A DNA stretch of 64,000 nucleotides from an uncultured Parachlamydiaceae bacterium (GTDB taxonomy: Bacteria > Chlamydiota > Chlamydiia > Chlamydiales > Parachlamydiaceae), in contig CAVULX010000003.1 in the NCBI GenBank assembly GCA_963742415.1, forward strand, positions 374,616-438,615, given 5' to 3'. Under the pieces are notes generated by a model, which searched no databases, was not told the origin of the DNA, and saw only the letters and a program-made list of their open reading frames with translations. Every line of letters starts with the position of its first letter. Within the stretch, counting starts at the first letter, position 1. A program made the translations under genes and the position numbers. This document shows, in pieces, positions 36,511 through 44,899 of this stretch.

Positions 36511-37500
36511 ATGATGCAAATAACTACAGTGAAGAATTTTTATCGCCCCTTTCCAACATTGACAAAACTTTTGTTATTTTTATGCTGCATTGGAATCTTT
36601 ACTAGTTGCGGAAGCCAAAAAGTCATTGTCAGTGGATTAAGCCAAAAAGAAGCGAATGAAATTATTGTATTTCTTGCCGGCAAAGGGATCGATGCCAACA
36701 AGGCTGAAACCACAGCAGCAGCGGGAGCTGGCGGGGCTAAAGTGCAGCTCTATGACATCTCAGTTGATCCCGTAAGAGCGATTGAAGCCATGGCGCTCCT
36801 CAACCAGGCCGGATTGCCAAGAACCCGCGGACAAAACTTATTGGAAATTTTCGGCAACGTCGGCTTAGTCCCCTCCGATTTGGAGCAAAAAATCCGGTAT
36901 GAAGCCGGGTTAGCAGAGCAGATTGCAAGCACAATCAGAAAAATTGATGGGGTTCTCGATGCCGAGGTGCAAATTTCTTTTCCTCAAGAAGATCCTCTTA
37001 ACCCAGGTAAATACATAGGCAAAATTACAGGCTCTGTCTTCGTAAAACATTCCGGAATTTTGGATGACCCAAATAGCCATTTGATCACCAAGATTAAAAG
37101 GTTAGTGGCTTCCAGCGTCACGGGATTAGATTATGATAATGTAACCGTCATCCCTGTCCGAGCACGCTATAATGAAATTCAACCAGGAACGACAGGTGTC
37201 TTAACCGAAGAAGAAAAACAATATGTCGACGTCTGGTCTATTATTCTCGCTAAAGATTCTGTGATGAGGTTTCAAATTATCTTTTTCTCCTTTGTCGTGA
37301 TCATTTTTATTTTGCTATCCTTTTTTGTCTGGATAGGCTGGAAAATTCATCCCCTCTTGAATCAATATGGAGGGTTCAGGGCCTTATTTCATTTGCATCC
37401 TCTTAAACTAAAAGAAACTCCTGAACAAAAAGAAGCTGAAACGAAAGAAGAAACCACTGCCGAAAAAGAAGAAACAGACAAAGATGTGGACATCACCTAA
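36511..37500 (+). CDS. sctJ: Type III secretion inner-membrane ring lipoprotein SctJ (CdsJ/YscJ)
   Basis: Lipobox IGIFTSC followed by GLSQKEANEIIVFLAGKGIDA, typical of the YscJ/PrgK family. C-terminal TM helix and an acidic tail. The ATG at 36511/36514 is preferred over the GTG at 36496. Confidence 0.88.
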   Translation: MMQITTVKNFYRPFPTLTKLLLFLCCIGIFTSCGSQKVIVSGLSQKEANEIIVFLAGKGIDANKAETTAAAGAGGAKVQLYDISVDPVRAIEAMALLNQAGLPRTRGQNLLEIFGNVGLVPSDLEQKIRYEAGLAEQIASTIRKIDGVLDAEVQISFPQEDPLNPGKYIGKITGSVFVKHSGILDDPNSHLITKIKRLVASSVTGLDYDNVTVIPVRARYNEIQPGTTGVLTEEEKQYVDVWSIILAKDSVMRFQIIFFSFVVIIFILLSFFVWIGWKIHPLLNQYGGFRALFHLHPLKLKETPEQKEAETKEETTAEKEETDKDVDIT

Positions 37501-37512
37501 TGGGGTTGAGCT

Positions 37513-38373
37513 ATGCAGCCAAAAAGTGCTGTTTTCATGAAGGTCTTAATTAATCGCTTTCATAAAGGATCTCTGCAATCACTTTTAGGGTGTTTTCCAA
37601 CGGAGGAAGCCAAAGAAATAGCCAATGTCGATGTCCCTTCGAATGACCCCTCCATTGGATTAAAAACGGCATCAGAAAAAATTTCTTCTATCGACTATAC
37701 TTGGTTTCTCCCTTCACTACAAAAGCTTTCTAAAAATGCGCAACAAACCGTTGCTGCTGCCTTTCCTGAACCCCACTCCTCCAAGCTCCTTCAAGCTCTA
37801 AATCTCCCCTCTTCTGCTGAAACTCCCAGCCCAATTGTAAAAAATTTTTTATTGTTAAAATGTTACAAAAACCTGCCCGGAGCCTCAGAGGTGTTACCCA
37901 AGCAATATTTACCTCAAACCCCCTTGAGCTTGATCTCCAGTATGAATAAGCGGGAGCTTGTGGAGGTGATCGATTTTCTTGGTCTTCACGATCTTGCAGA
38001 TGAACTCAAACATGTGGTCGATCAGAAAACATTAAAAAATGTCTACGCCTGCTTAAATGCCAAAGAACAACAATATCTGAAATATTGCATCCGTCAGAAA
38101 GAAAAGGTGGTTTTACCCAGTTTAGGGATCGAACGTTGGAGCGGCAATGTCGATAAGCTAAAAAGCGTCCTCCAAAGCAGAGGGATTATTAGGCTAGGCA
38201 AAGCTCTTTCTGGAGAGAATCCCGATTTCATTTGGCATGTTGCGCATAACTTAGATTCAAACAGAGGGCAAACTTTACTCAAGTATTATTCTGAAAAGCC
38301 TTTGACCAATATCACACCTGCACTCGCCCAACAAACACTTAACGTGATTAATATATTAAAAAAGAAAGAGTGA
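37513..38373 (+). CDS. T3SS-associated hypothetical protein in the position between sctJ and sctL (possible SctK-like cytoplasmic component)
   Basis: 286 aa with no recognisable motif. It is assigned only by conserved position inside the sctJ-sctL-sctRST operon, starting 12 nt after the sctJ stop. Confidence 0.6.
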   Translation: MQPKSAVFMKVLINRFHKGSLQSLLGCFPTEEAKEIANVDVPSNDPSIGLKTASEKISSIDYTWFLPSLQKLSKNAQQTVAAAFPEPHSSKLLQALNLPSSAETPSPIVKNFLLLKCYKNLPGASEVLPKQYLPQTPLSLISSMNKRELVEVIDFLGLHDLADELKHVVDQKTLKNVYACLNAKEQQYLKYCIRQKEKVVLPSLGIERWSGNVDKLKSVLQSRGIIRLGKALSGENPDFIWHVAHNLDSNRGQTLLKYYSEKPLTNITPALAQQTLNVINILKKKE

Positions 38374-38377
38374 AACC

Positions 38378-39028
38378 GTGAGCAAAAAGTTTTTTTCATT
38401 TATCCACGAAGGCAGTGTCCACATTTCCCCCAAAAAGAAAGTCGTTCCCAAAGAGGAATTTTCAAGGCTTGTTGACTCGTATGAAGTTCTAGAGCAAGTT
38501 AAAAAAGATGCCGAACAATATCGCATTGATGTGGCTGTCGAATGTGAACAACTCAAAGAACAGGCTCAAAAAGAAGGATTTGAAGAGGGGTATAAGAAGT
38601 GGCTTGAATACACCGCCCAGCTCGAAAATGAAATTGTTAAAGTCCGTCAAGACTTAGAAAAATTCCTCGTTCCGGTGGCTTTAAAAGCTGCTAAAAAAAT
38701 TGTTGGCAGGGAATTAGAAGTTTCAGAAGATGCTATTGTTGACATCGTCTCCAACTCTTTAAAAGCCGTTTCACAACATAAAAAAATTACCATCTATGTC
38801 AACAAAAAAGATCTTGAAGTCTTGGATAAATACCGCCCCCGCTTGAAGCAAATTTTCGAAAGTTTGGAAGTTTTATCTCTTAGAGAACGTGCTGACATAG
38901 CCCCCGGAGGTTCAGTCATAGAAACAGAAGGGGGCATTATTAATGCTCAGCTGGATAACCAGTGGAGAGCTTTAGAAAACGCTTTGGAAATTATCGTAAA
39001 GAAAAAGCAACCATCAGGTGAGCATTAA
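38378..39028 (+). CDS. sctL: Type III secretion stator/ATPase regulator SctL (CdsL/YscL)
   Basis: 216 aa. EGFEEGYKKWLE motif and C-terminal GGSVIETEGGIINAQLDNQWRAL (FliH/SctL signature). GTG start. Confidence 0.82.
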   Translation: MSKKFFSFIHEGSVHISPKKKVVPKEEFSRLVDSYEVLEQVKKDAEQYRIDVAVECEQLKEQAQKEGFEEGYKKWLEYTAQLENEIVKVRQDLEKFLVPVALKAAKKIVGRELEVSEDAIVDIVSNSLKAVSQHKKITIYVNKKDLEVLDKYRPRLKQIFESLEVLSLRERADIAPGGSVIETEGGIINAQLDNQWRALENALEIIVKKKQPSGEH

Positions 39029-39030
39029 TT

Positions 39031-39957
39031 ATGAGGATTTTCCCTTTTTACTTTAGAGGAGGTTCAACCCAGAATGGAATGAAGATTGCCTCCCTTTTTA
39101 CAATCAAGTCATTTTTTGTATGCTGTATTATTTTGGCCATGTTAGGGATGGTGCCTGAATCGCTTTATTCCCAAGCAGCTCCGGCCAGGCCAGCCCCTGC
39201 AGCAACCCCAGCGCCGGCAAAAGGAGCTCCGCAGCAAGCTAATCAAGCCGCCCAAAATGCTTTAAATGCTCCTTTTGACAATTTTAAAAGGCCTTCTGTC
39301 ATTACTCAAGCTGTAGCTTTGACCATCATGTCCTTGCTGCCTTTTATTATCATGATCTTAACCTCTTTTCTGAAAATTGTGATCGTCCTTTCCCTTTTAC
39401 GCAGCGCATTGGGGGTTCAACAAGCACCTCCTAACCAGATCATCAACGGGGTCGCATTTATGCTCAGCCTCTTTATTATGTATCCGACTGTTTTGAAAAT
39501 GTACGATGCTGCAGAAAAAGTCATCGTCGAAACACGAGCCCCAGACTCGATCCTGTCCCCTCAATCTTCTCAATACATAATCGAAGTCGCCGACCAAGCT
39601 AAAGAGCCTTTACGGGAGTTCCTGAAAAAAAATTCAGCGACAAAGCACCAAGCCCTATTTTATCGGATCGCTTACCGAATTTTACCCGAAAACTACCGCC
39701 CCACTTTAAAGCCTGATGATTTTATGATCCTTGTTCCTGCATTCATTACAAGCCAACTCAAAGAAGCTTTTGAGATCGGCGTGTTGATCTACATCCCCTT
39801 TTTCGTCATCGATCTTGTGACATCCAATGTTTTGCTTGCTATGGGGATGATGATGCTTTCTCCTGTGACGATTTCAATGCCCTTAAAACTGTTCTTGCTC
39901 GTGATGCTTGATGGATGGACGCTCTTGGTTGACGGTCTTGTTTCAACATTTAGATAA
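39031..39957 (+). CDS. sctR: Type III secretion export-gate protein SctR (CdsR/YscR) with a long Ala/Pro-rich N-terminal extension
   Basis: 308 aa. FliP/SctR core (LLPFIIMILTSFLKIVIVLSLLRSALGVQQAPPNQIINGVAF...), preceded by about 90 aa that include PARPAPAATPAPAKGAPQQANQAAQ. Confidence 0.9.
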   Translation: MRIFPFYFRGGSTQNGMKIASLFTIKSFFVCCIILAMLGMVPESLYSQAAPARPAPAATPAPAKGAPQQANQAAQNALNAPFDNFKRPSVITQAVALTIMSLLPFIIMILTSFLKIVIVLSLLRSALGVQQAPPNQIINGVAFMLSLFIMYPTVLKMYDAAEKVIVETRAPDSILSPQSSQYIIEVADQAKEPLREFLKKNSATKHQALFYRIAYRILPENYRPTLKPDDFMILVPAFITSQLKEAFEIGVLIYIPFFVIDLVTSNVLLAMGMMMLSPVTISMPLKLFLLVMLDGWTLLVDGLVSTFR

Positions 39958-39978
39958 ATCTAAAGGAGTAAAGGAAAT

Positions 39979-40254
39979 ATGTTCCAAACACAAGTCATCC
40001 AATTGGCTTATCAAGGTCTCCTTTTGATTCTCATCTTGTCTGCACCCCCGATCCTCATCAGTATGTTTTTTGGTATCCTTGTGGCGATCTTTCAAGCCGC
40101 GACACAAATTCAGGAGCAAACCCTCTCATTTACGATTAAACTAGTTGCTGTCACCTTGACGCTGATGTTTATGGGGGGATGGCTGGGGGCTCAAATCATG
40201 CAATTTGCGACCAATATTTTCACACACTTTCCCCAATGGAGCTTCAGCTCCTAG
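39979..40254 (+). CDS. sctS: Type III secretion export-gate protein SctS (CdsS/YscS)
   Basis: 91 aa with two TM helices. FliQ/SctS pattern (LLLILILSAPPILISMFFGILVAIFQAATQIQEQTLSF). Confidence 0.9.
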   Translation: MFQTQVIQLAYQGLLLILILSAPPILISMFFGILVAIFQAATQIQEQTLSFTIKLVAVTLTLMFMGGWLGAQIMQFATNIFTHFPQWSFSS

Positions 40255-40268
40255 GAAGGTTGAGGGCT

Positions 40269-41108
40269 ATGGGACAAGATTACGTCACCATTTTTATGAA
40301 TTCTGTCTTTGCCACAGGGGAAGTGACAGGATTATTGACCTTATTTTTTCTATTTTTAGCCCGGATGCTCCCGATTATCGCCTTGTCCCCCTTTTTTGGA
40401 GCACGCGTCTTGCCCCATCCAGTGAAGGTGTGTTTTGCCATTTCCCTTTTTGTCATCATGCTGCCCCAGCTATTGCTAGTGACGACCACGCATCTTGAAT
40501 TCAACTTTATGGCTCTTCTTTATCTTGTCAAAGAACTTTTTGTGGGATTTGCCTTAGGGTACCTTATCAGCATGCCGTTTATCATCGTGCAAAATGCCGG
40601 CATCATCATCGACCACCAACGGGGGGGGGCTAGCTTAATGGTCAATGACCCGACCATTCAAAACCAATCCTCCCCACTAGGAACCCTCTTTAACTTTGTT
40701 TTGATCTATATATTTTTTACTATCGATGGTCCCTTTCTCTTTATCGATGCGATCGTTTCTTCTTATGAATTGATCCCTCCAGACCAATTTTTTAATACCC
40801 ATTTCTTTTTCAAGGGTTCCGAATTTTGGCAAATGCAGATGCAGATGTTAAACAAAGTGATGATCATTTCTATTCGGCTAGCAACACCCGCCCTCCTCGC
40901 CATTTTAATGACAGATACGTTTTTAGGAATTGCTAACCGTTTGGCCCCGCAAGTGCAAATTACCTTTTTAGGGATGCCATTAAAATCCCTTCTGGCACTG
41001 ACAGTAATTTGCTTTGGATGGAGGCTATTTTCTGAAGAGCTTGTCAGGCTATCTTACGAATGGATTAACCTCTGTAAATACATGATCACGATGTTCAAGC
41101 CGCCTTAA
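40269..41108 (+). CDS. sctT: Type III secretion export-gate protein SctT (CdsT/YscT)
   Basis: FliR/SctT-like multi-TM protein (LARMLPIIALSPFFG...). I prefer the ATG at 40269 (AGGAAGG upstream). Alternatives are 40236 or the ORF-track start at 40179. Confidence 0.85.
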   Translation: MGQDYVTIFMNSVFATGEVTGLLTLFFLFLARMLPIIALSPFFGARVLPHPVKVCFAISLFVIMLPQLLLVTTTHLEFNFMALLYLVKELFVGFALGYLISMPFIIVQNAGIIIDHQRGGASLMVNDPTIQNQSSPLGTLFNFVLIYIFFTIDGPFLFIDAIVSSYELIPPDQFFNTHFFFKGSEFWQMQMQMLNKVMIISIRLATPALLAILMTDTFLGIANRLAPQVQITFLGMPLKSLLALTVICFGWRLFSEELVRLSYEWINLCKYMITMFKPP

Positions 41109-41112
41109 AAAG

Positions 41113-41150
41113 AAAGCCTTAAACATACATATGCTAGTATTTTAAGGCTT
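41113..41150 (-). terminator. Hairpin between the convergent sctT and PEP-CTERM genes, terminator-like for the minus-strand gene
   Basis: Perfect 11-bp stem aaagccttaaa / tttaaggcttt with a 16-nt loop. On the minus strand it is followed by cttttt. Confidence 0.4.
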
Positions 41151-41164
41151 TAAGACGAGAGCTT

Positions 41165-41848
41165 TCAATTGGTTATTTTTGCTTTATTGTTAGAGCTTAT
41201 AAAAAGAATGACCCCAAAGAAACTTGCTAATAAGAGATAGGTGGCTGGTTCCGGCACTGGAATGCTATTGCCTGCGAATCCTGATACCGTAGCCCCTTCA
41301 ATTACATTACAAGTGTTAGCACACGCAAAAGCATGAATGGCAGCAAGGTAGCCTTTTGAATTCGCTGTTAAAACATTGCTTGCAGAGTTCCAAATCCCAC
41401 TCGTATTTGTTAATGTAAAAGAGATCGCGGTGGAAGCGCTTGTAAACCCATCTGAACTTTTTATTGTTTGATTTAAAGTTCCAAATTGAGAAATATTCTG
41501 CGAACCGTTATCTGACAAAGATCCTGGGGTAAAACCTGAAAAGCTATTCGAATTTGTTAGAGCGGTTACTGTCCAAGAGGCTGCATTGACGTTAACATCG
41601 GCTGCGCCTGTAGCACCCATCAGGTAAGTATACCCCCCATTATTCGACGAAGTAAATGTAAGAGTTGCAGAGGTCGAATTGACTAAATTAATTGATAACG
41701 TTGCATAGGGTCCAGTATAGGGTGATAACTCGGCATTAGGAGAATTAATGGAATACAAGAAGACGTCTGAATAAGCAAGTGTTGAGAAAAATAAAGTAAA
41801 AATAAACAAACATGTTGGCAAAATTTTACAAATAAAAATATTTTTCAT
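41165..41848 (-). CDS. PEP-CTERM-anchored secreted protein, S/T/N/G-rich
   Basis: Signal peptide MKNIFICKILPTCLFIFTLFFSTLAYS. The C-terminus is IPVPEPATYLLLASFFGVILFISSNNKAK: a PEP motif, a TM helix and a basic tail. Confidence 0.75.
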   Translation of the reverse strand: MKNIFICKILPTCLFIFTLFFSTLAYSDVFLYSINSPNAELSPYTGPYATLSINLVNSTSATLTFTSSNNGGYTYLMGATGAADVNVNAASWTVTALTNSNSFSGFTPGSLSDNGSQNISQFGTLNQTIKSSDGFTSASTAISFTLTNTSGIWNSASNVLTANSKGYLAAIHAFACANTCNVIEGATVSGFAGNSIPVPEPATYLLLASFFGVILFISSNNKAKITN

Positions 41849-42004
41849 ACACTACTCCCTTTCGTCTCTATTATATAAATAAAGAAATGATTTGTAAATC
41901 AAAGATAAAATTACTAGGTAGCAGGCAAATTTCATGCCAATGCAGCCTCGAGGAAAAGAGTTCTAGGCTCATGACAGGCTTTGCTTGCTGTAAAAAATCA
42001 AGCC

Positions 42005-43435
42005 TCACAAACCTGCATATTCATGCTCATGGGCTATAGGAGCTTCATATTTGATTGGGGTATAATTTGCAAACTGGGCGATCTCTTTCCGGAATGTTAA
42101 ATTAATGTTACCGACCCCCCCATGACGGTTTTTGGCTACAATGAGCTCCGCCATGCCGGGTTTATCCATCGGATCGTAATATTCCCTTCGCAAAAGGAAC
42201 ATCACAATATCACTATCTTGCTCGATGCTCCCGCTTTCCCTCAAATCGCTCATCATGGGGCGATGCCCTTGCCTTTCTTCCACTTTTCGTGAAAGCTGAG
42301 ACAAGCACAGGACAGGAATATTGAGCTCCCTGGCCAAATTTTTTAACATGCGGGAAATTTCTGAAATTTCATTTTGCCTATTTTCAGTCGTTCGAAAAGA
42401 CCCCGATCCCGAGATAAGCTGAAGATAATCGACGACGAGAAAACCGATCCCCTGCGCCTCTTTCATCCGCCTTGCCCTCGCCCTGAGATCGGTAATCTTA
42501 AGGCCTGGTTGGTCGTCGATGATCATGACATGCTGCTGCATATCATTGACGCTAGCTACAATACGTTGAAATTCCCCTCCATTCAGGGATCCTGTCTTGA
42601 TTTTGTCAGATTCCACCTCTGAATGGGAACAAATGATCCGATGGACCAGCTGCTCGGCGCTCATTTCCAGGGAAAAAATTCCAACGGGGATCCGGCTTTT
42701 AAAACAGACGTTTTCAGCGATATTCAAAGCCAGTGCTGTTTTTCCCATTGCAGGGCGGGCTGCTAAGATCATCAGGTTGGAATTATTCAACCCATTCAAC
42801 ATTTTATCGAGATCGGCGAAATGGGAAGGGACCCCCGTAATCCCTGCGTCTTCGGGCCCCCGTTGCTGAAACCGCTCTTGCCGTTCCTGCAATTCTTTCA
42901 AATAGGGCTGGGTTGACTCAGACTTGACCCCAGAGAGGATCTCGCTGATCAGCTTGCCGGCAATAGGGTTAGCGCTTTGGCTGATTTGGTAAAAAAGCTG
43001 CTGCGCTTCATCGAGAGTCTCTAATACATCTTCTGGTTCATCTAACGCTTTTTTTTCGATCACTTGTGAAGCGTTGATCATGCTGCGAAGGATCGCTTTG
43101 TCGCGGACAACAGCGACATATTCTTCAATGTAAGCAGAAGTCCCGGCATATTGGGCCAGGGTTGTCACATAGGCAGCCCCGCCGACAGCTTTAAGCTTAT
43201 CCTGGCGGCGCAACTCTTCACAAACCAGATGCACATCAACAGGCTTATCGCTTTTGTAAGCTGTTTTTAAAATTTGAAAAATAATTTTATGCTCGGTGAA
43301 ATAAAAATAAGAATCGTCCAGCCCATCGGCAGCGATGTTAAGAGCATTAATACTTGTCAGCATGCATCCCAAGACCATCATCTCTGATTCTTTCGAATTG
43401 GGAGCCACTCGAACTTTTGTGGGTGTTTCCGACAT
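42005..43435 (-). CDS. dnaB: Replicative DNA helicase DnaB
   Basis: Walker A ARPAMGKTALALN, plus FSLEMS, LVVDYLQL and LSQLSR motifs. I prefer the ATG at 43435 (MSETPTK) over the TTG at 43468. Confidence 0.93.
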   Translation of the reverse strand: MSETPTKVRVAPNSKESEMMVLGCMLTSINALNIAADGLDDSYFYFTEHKIIFQILKTAYKSDKPVDVHLVCEELRRQDKLKAVGGAAYVTTLAQYAGTSAYIEEYVAVVRDKAILRSMINASQVIEKKALDEPEDVLETLDEAQQLFYQISQSANPIAGKLISEILSGVKSESTQPYLKELQERQERFQQRGPEDAGITGVPSHFADLDKMLNGLNNSNLMILAARPAMGKTALALNIAENVCFKSRIPVGIFSLEMSAEQLVHRIICSHSEVESDKIKTGSLNGGEFQRIVASVNDMQQHVMIIDDQPGLKITDLRARARRMKEAQGIGFLVVDYLQLISGSGSFRTTENRQNEISEISRMLKNLARELNIPVLCLSQLSRKVEERQGHRPMMSDLRESGSIEQDSDIVMFLLRREYYDPMDKPGMAELIVAKNRHGGVGNINLTFRKEIAQFANYTPIKYEAPIAHEHEYAGL

Positions 43436-43604
43436 TTTATTTCCGTGTAACTGTGCAGAAAACTCCAAATGTTAAAGAAAAACGCAATAGCTGAAAAGGA
43501 AAAAACTCTTGGAGAAAAACGTTCTTTTTGTTAACGCATAGAGAGTGTTCCTCTTAGAAACTCAGGTTAGAGGGAAAAATAATTTTTTAATATAGGAGAG
43601 AATT

Positions 43605-44723
43605 ATGTCATCCGAAGTTGGTCAAGTCGATCAAAAAAAATTTCATTTTCATTTTCATACAGATCAGCAACAACCAAAAACAACCATAGAAAAAGTCCAA
43701 AATTTAGTGAGGAATCAAGAGGCTCAAAAGCTTGCAAAAAATCATGAGCTGATTATTCAAAATATTTCTTGGGAAGTTGCGGGGCCGGATAAAAATTGGG
43801 GACCCTGTACTTCGGATATAACTTTAGAAGTTGGTGATGAATGGGATCCATATCAAATGCCCATCATTCGACGTTCCAATTATACCGATAAAACTTCAAG
43901 TATCCCTATCGATAGCATTTCTGTTTTAGTAGGCAATGAAAAAGGAGAAAAAGTTCTTACTCGCCTCCAGTTGAAAGAGTACCTGAATGGATTTTCCAAA
44001 TATGCTTCAAATGGTTCCGTAAAAGGGTCTTTGTTGGCGGAGAGGGATACACATGTCATTCATAGTGTACAAACATGTCTTTTGCCTTGCGAAGAGGGCA
44101 AAGAGGTGGATTTTAACGTAGCTCTTTTCAACTCCGAATCCACTCAGGGAAATCCAGCCATTCTGGCCATTCTTGTTTCAAGTCATGGAACCAGTGCTCA
44201 AGTTGTTGATAATGGAAGCTCTCGAAAGGGGGAACAATTAATGTTCAACATTAATGGGAAGGGGCATGCTTTTTCTGCAGGACGGCTTAAAGATGTGCGG
44301 GAGCAGCAAGGAGATGTTGTCAAAGGGAGTTTAAGCGATCAAGAACTTGCCAACCGAAAACTGCTCATTATTCAAATCCCTCTTAAAGTTAAACCTAGAC
44401 CCGATATACGGATCTATAAATATAGTAACAATCCGCAAGCAAATATGGATCAGGCTCAAATTAAAGAAGGTCATGAACAAGGGGGAGTTCCGGGACTCAA
44501 AGGAATTGACATTGAGAGAGACTCTAATTATCCCATTCGGGTTACAACCCAGCTTTATAAAATTACAAACGATGGGACTCTAAATGAACAGCAAATGCAA
44601 GACATTGCTTTAGAAATCCAGAAAGAAGAATCTAGCGGAAAAGATGCTGGTAGACTAGTCGCAGAAGTTACCCCTCGCCCAACAGAATGGGTAAATAAGG
44701 AAGATGGTATTTTTTGGGCATAA
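43605..44723 (+). CDS. Hypothetical protein (orphan, no recognisable domain)
   Basis: 372 aa. RBS-like GGAGAG lies upstream of the ATG. The N-terminus contains HFHFHT. No signal peptide or TM helix. Confidence 0.65.
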   Translation: MSSEVGQVDQKKFHFHFHTDQQQPKTTIEKVQNLVRNQEAQKLAKNHELIIQNISWEVAGPDKNWGPCTSDITLEVGDEWDPYQMPIIRRSNYTDKTSSIPIDSISVLVGNEKGEKVLTRLQLKEYLNGFSKYASNGSVKGSLLAERDTHVIHSVQTCLLPCEEGKEVDFNVALFNSESTQGNPAILAILVSSHGTSAQVVDNGSSRKGEQLMFNINGKGHAFSAGRLKDVREQQGDVVKGSLSDQELANRKLLIIQIPLKVKPRPDIRIYKYSNNPQANMDQAQIKEGHEQGGVPGLKGIDIERDSNYPIRVTTQLYKITNDGTLNEQQMQDIALEIQKEESSGKDAGRLVAEVTPRPTEWVNKEDGIFWA

Positions 44724-44729
44724 CATCCA

Positions 44730-44830
44730 GTCAGTCTTTTGGAGTGCGGCAGCAAGCTAAAGAAAGCCATTTTTACCAGGCTGAAAGCCTGCCATATAAT
44801 AGCCTGGGGCAACGCCCCAGGTAATATCAT
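44730..44830. repeat. Composite GC-rich palindromic intergenic element (same family as 14330 and 60706)
   Basis: It contains ttttggagtgcggc (44737-44750), the hairpin caggctgaaagcctg, and the 7-bp-stem hairpin cctggggcaacgccccagg flanked by ataatagcc...ggtaatatcatgc. Confidence 0.6.
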
Positions 44831-44899
44831 GCATAATCATTTACCGCTGAAATAATTCCACTCATCTAAGCCCCCAGAAATTGTTTTGAGTAATATTGT

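Noticed and set aside
40179-40498. The ORF-track start of sctT at 40179, and the alternate-frame 97-aa ORF at 40205-40498.
   Set aside because: The 40179 start would overlap sctS by 76 nt. The ATG at 40269 has an AGGAAGG RBS and gives a typical SctT length. The alternate frame is a shadow ORF.
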